NCBI GenBank assembly: GCA_040954595.2
Contig: CM082578.2
Location: 18,246,728-18,310,727, forward strand
Origin: Balanoglossus misakiensis
Taxonomy: Eukaryota; Animalia; Hemichordata
Length of the DNA: 64,000 nucleotides
Reading direction: 5' to 3'
A program made the translations under genes and the position numbers. A model generated the notes under the pieces. The model worked only from the letters and a program-made list of their open reading frames with translations, was not told the DNA's origin and did not search any database. Of this stretch, positions 62,934 to 64,000 are shown piece by piece (position 1 is the stretch's first letter; each line of letters begins with the position of its first letter).

Positions 62934-63959
62934 CCCATGACATAGAATATATAATCAATAATAAGCTTTGGGAGAGGGGAAACGGTACTTTACATATTTC
63001 ATATTATGACTTGAAATCTTGAATAGTGTATTTATTTAGAGGCTGCATATTATTATTTTACCACACCCAGTGTTTCATCTACAAAGGCTGGTTGGATCAT
63101 GACTGAGTTCATAGATATATTTTTGTCACTGGAACAAAATTAAAAGGTCAACATATCCACTGAGATTTTTGAAAAGGAATATGGGAAAAGCAATACATAT
63201 ATGTCAATCTTATATAGCCAATATAATATGCCTTGTGCATTTTGAAATATGCAAAATATTTATGTGTAGATAGTTCAGAATAATGAAAACATTACCTTTG
63301 TAGCTGAAGGGACATTTTTTTCTTGTGTGCTAAGAAGTTATTTACACCAAAAGATGTGTATATGCTCAGTATGTCTAAAGTGTAAAATGTATCATTTTTG
63401 TTGTCTTGGAGAGTAGAAACAGGAGAAGTAATTTATCATACACTTGCACAGGGTAATAATTTAGTATTAGGTGAGCCATATTTGAAGAATTACATTGTAG
63501 TTTAGACCTTGTTTGGCTTGTATTGTTTATGACATATAGGCATACAAACATCATAGAATCTAATTAACCACATTCAAGTACAAATGTATGTACCACTACT
63601 GTTCAGCTGGATTTTCAACAATGGCACAAAAATAGATTATTCCTTCGGTTTGTAGTTTTCCTCTGGTTACATAGCTATTTGAAAATTGTACTTGTATAGG
63701 TAACCCATTTTTGTACGCATTAATGAAAACAGCATAAAAGACTCAACAGGAATTTTGTGGGACCTGTACGCAGAGTGGTATGTGAAAAGCGCCCTCTTTA
63801 GTTGTATTGTGGTATACCATAGTGACCATCTTGAAATAAGTTTTCCAAGCAGGACAGTTTTCCTACAATGAAAGCTCAGATGTATATTTGGAAGTTTTAT
63901 ATGTTGTTATAAAATGTATTAAAATGTTGTCTGCTGGTCAAACAACCTTGGATAAAAAT

Positions 63960-63965
63960 AATAAA
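63960..63965 (+). terminator. Candidate polyadenylation signal of the secreted DD3-3-like gene
   Basis: AATAAA ~1.03 kb after the stop, followed by GT/T-rich sequence. Confidence 0.6.
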
Positions 63966-64000
63966 AGTTGATGGAATATTTTGCAGTGTGTTTTTTCTTC

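Noticed and set aside
1-64000. CRISPR arrays, tRNA/rRNA genes, known miRNAs, prokaryotic operons or defence systems
   Set aside because: The sequence is spliced eukaryotic DNA. I saw no repeat-spacer array, cloverleaf or recognisable miRNA by eye; a covariance-model scan would be needed to exclude small RNAs.

Overview
AT-rich, intron-rich animal genomic DNA. It is probably from a marine invertebrate, an inference from the DD3-3-family genes, GT-AG introns and Kolobok-type MITE; the species cannot be fixed from the sequence. I manually spliced four complete multi-exon genes, all with consistent intron phases, arranged as two head-to-head pairs. (1) RASSF1/5-like (C1-RA-SARAH, minus strand, 7 exons, 378 aa) diverges from (2) FBXL13/DRC6 (plus strand, 19 exons, 797 aa). 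(3) A membrane-anchored DD3-3-like gene (minus strand, 14 exons, 776 aa) diverges from (4) a secreted DD3-3-like paralog (plus strand, 13 exons, 654 aa). Bases 1-15 kb contain no convincing long CDS and look like the 3' part of an upstream plus-strand gene. The most interesting signal is in the two DD3-3 proteins. They appear to combine an LPMO-like N-terminal domain, whose mature residue 1 is Asp rather than His, with a degenerate cupredoxin domain. One copy is secreted; the other adds a ZU5-like domain, a TM helix and a PDZ-binding tail. These fold calls are motif-level inferences made by eye and need structure or profile searches. FBXL13 also shows several candidate frame-preserving microexons flanked by TGCATG clusters.
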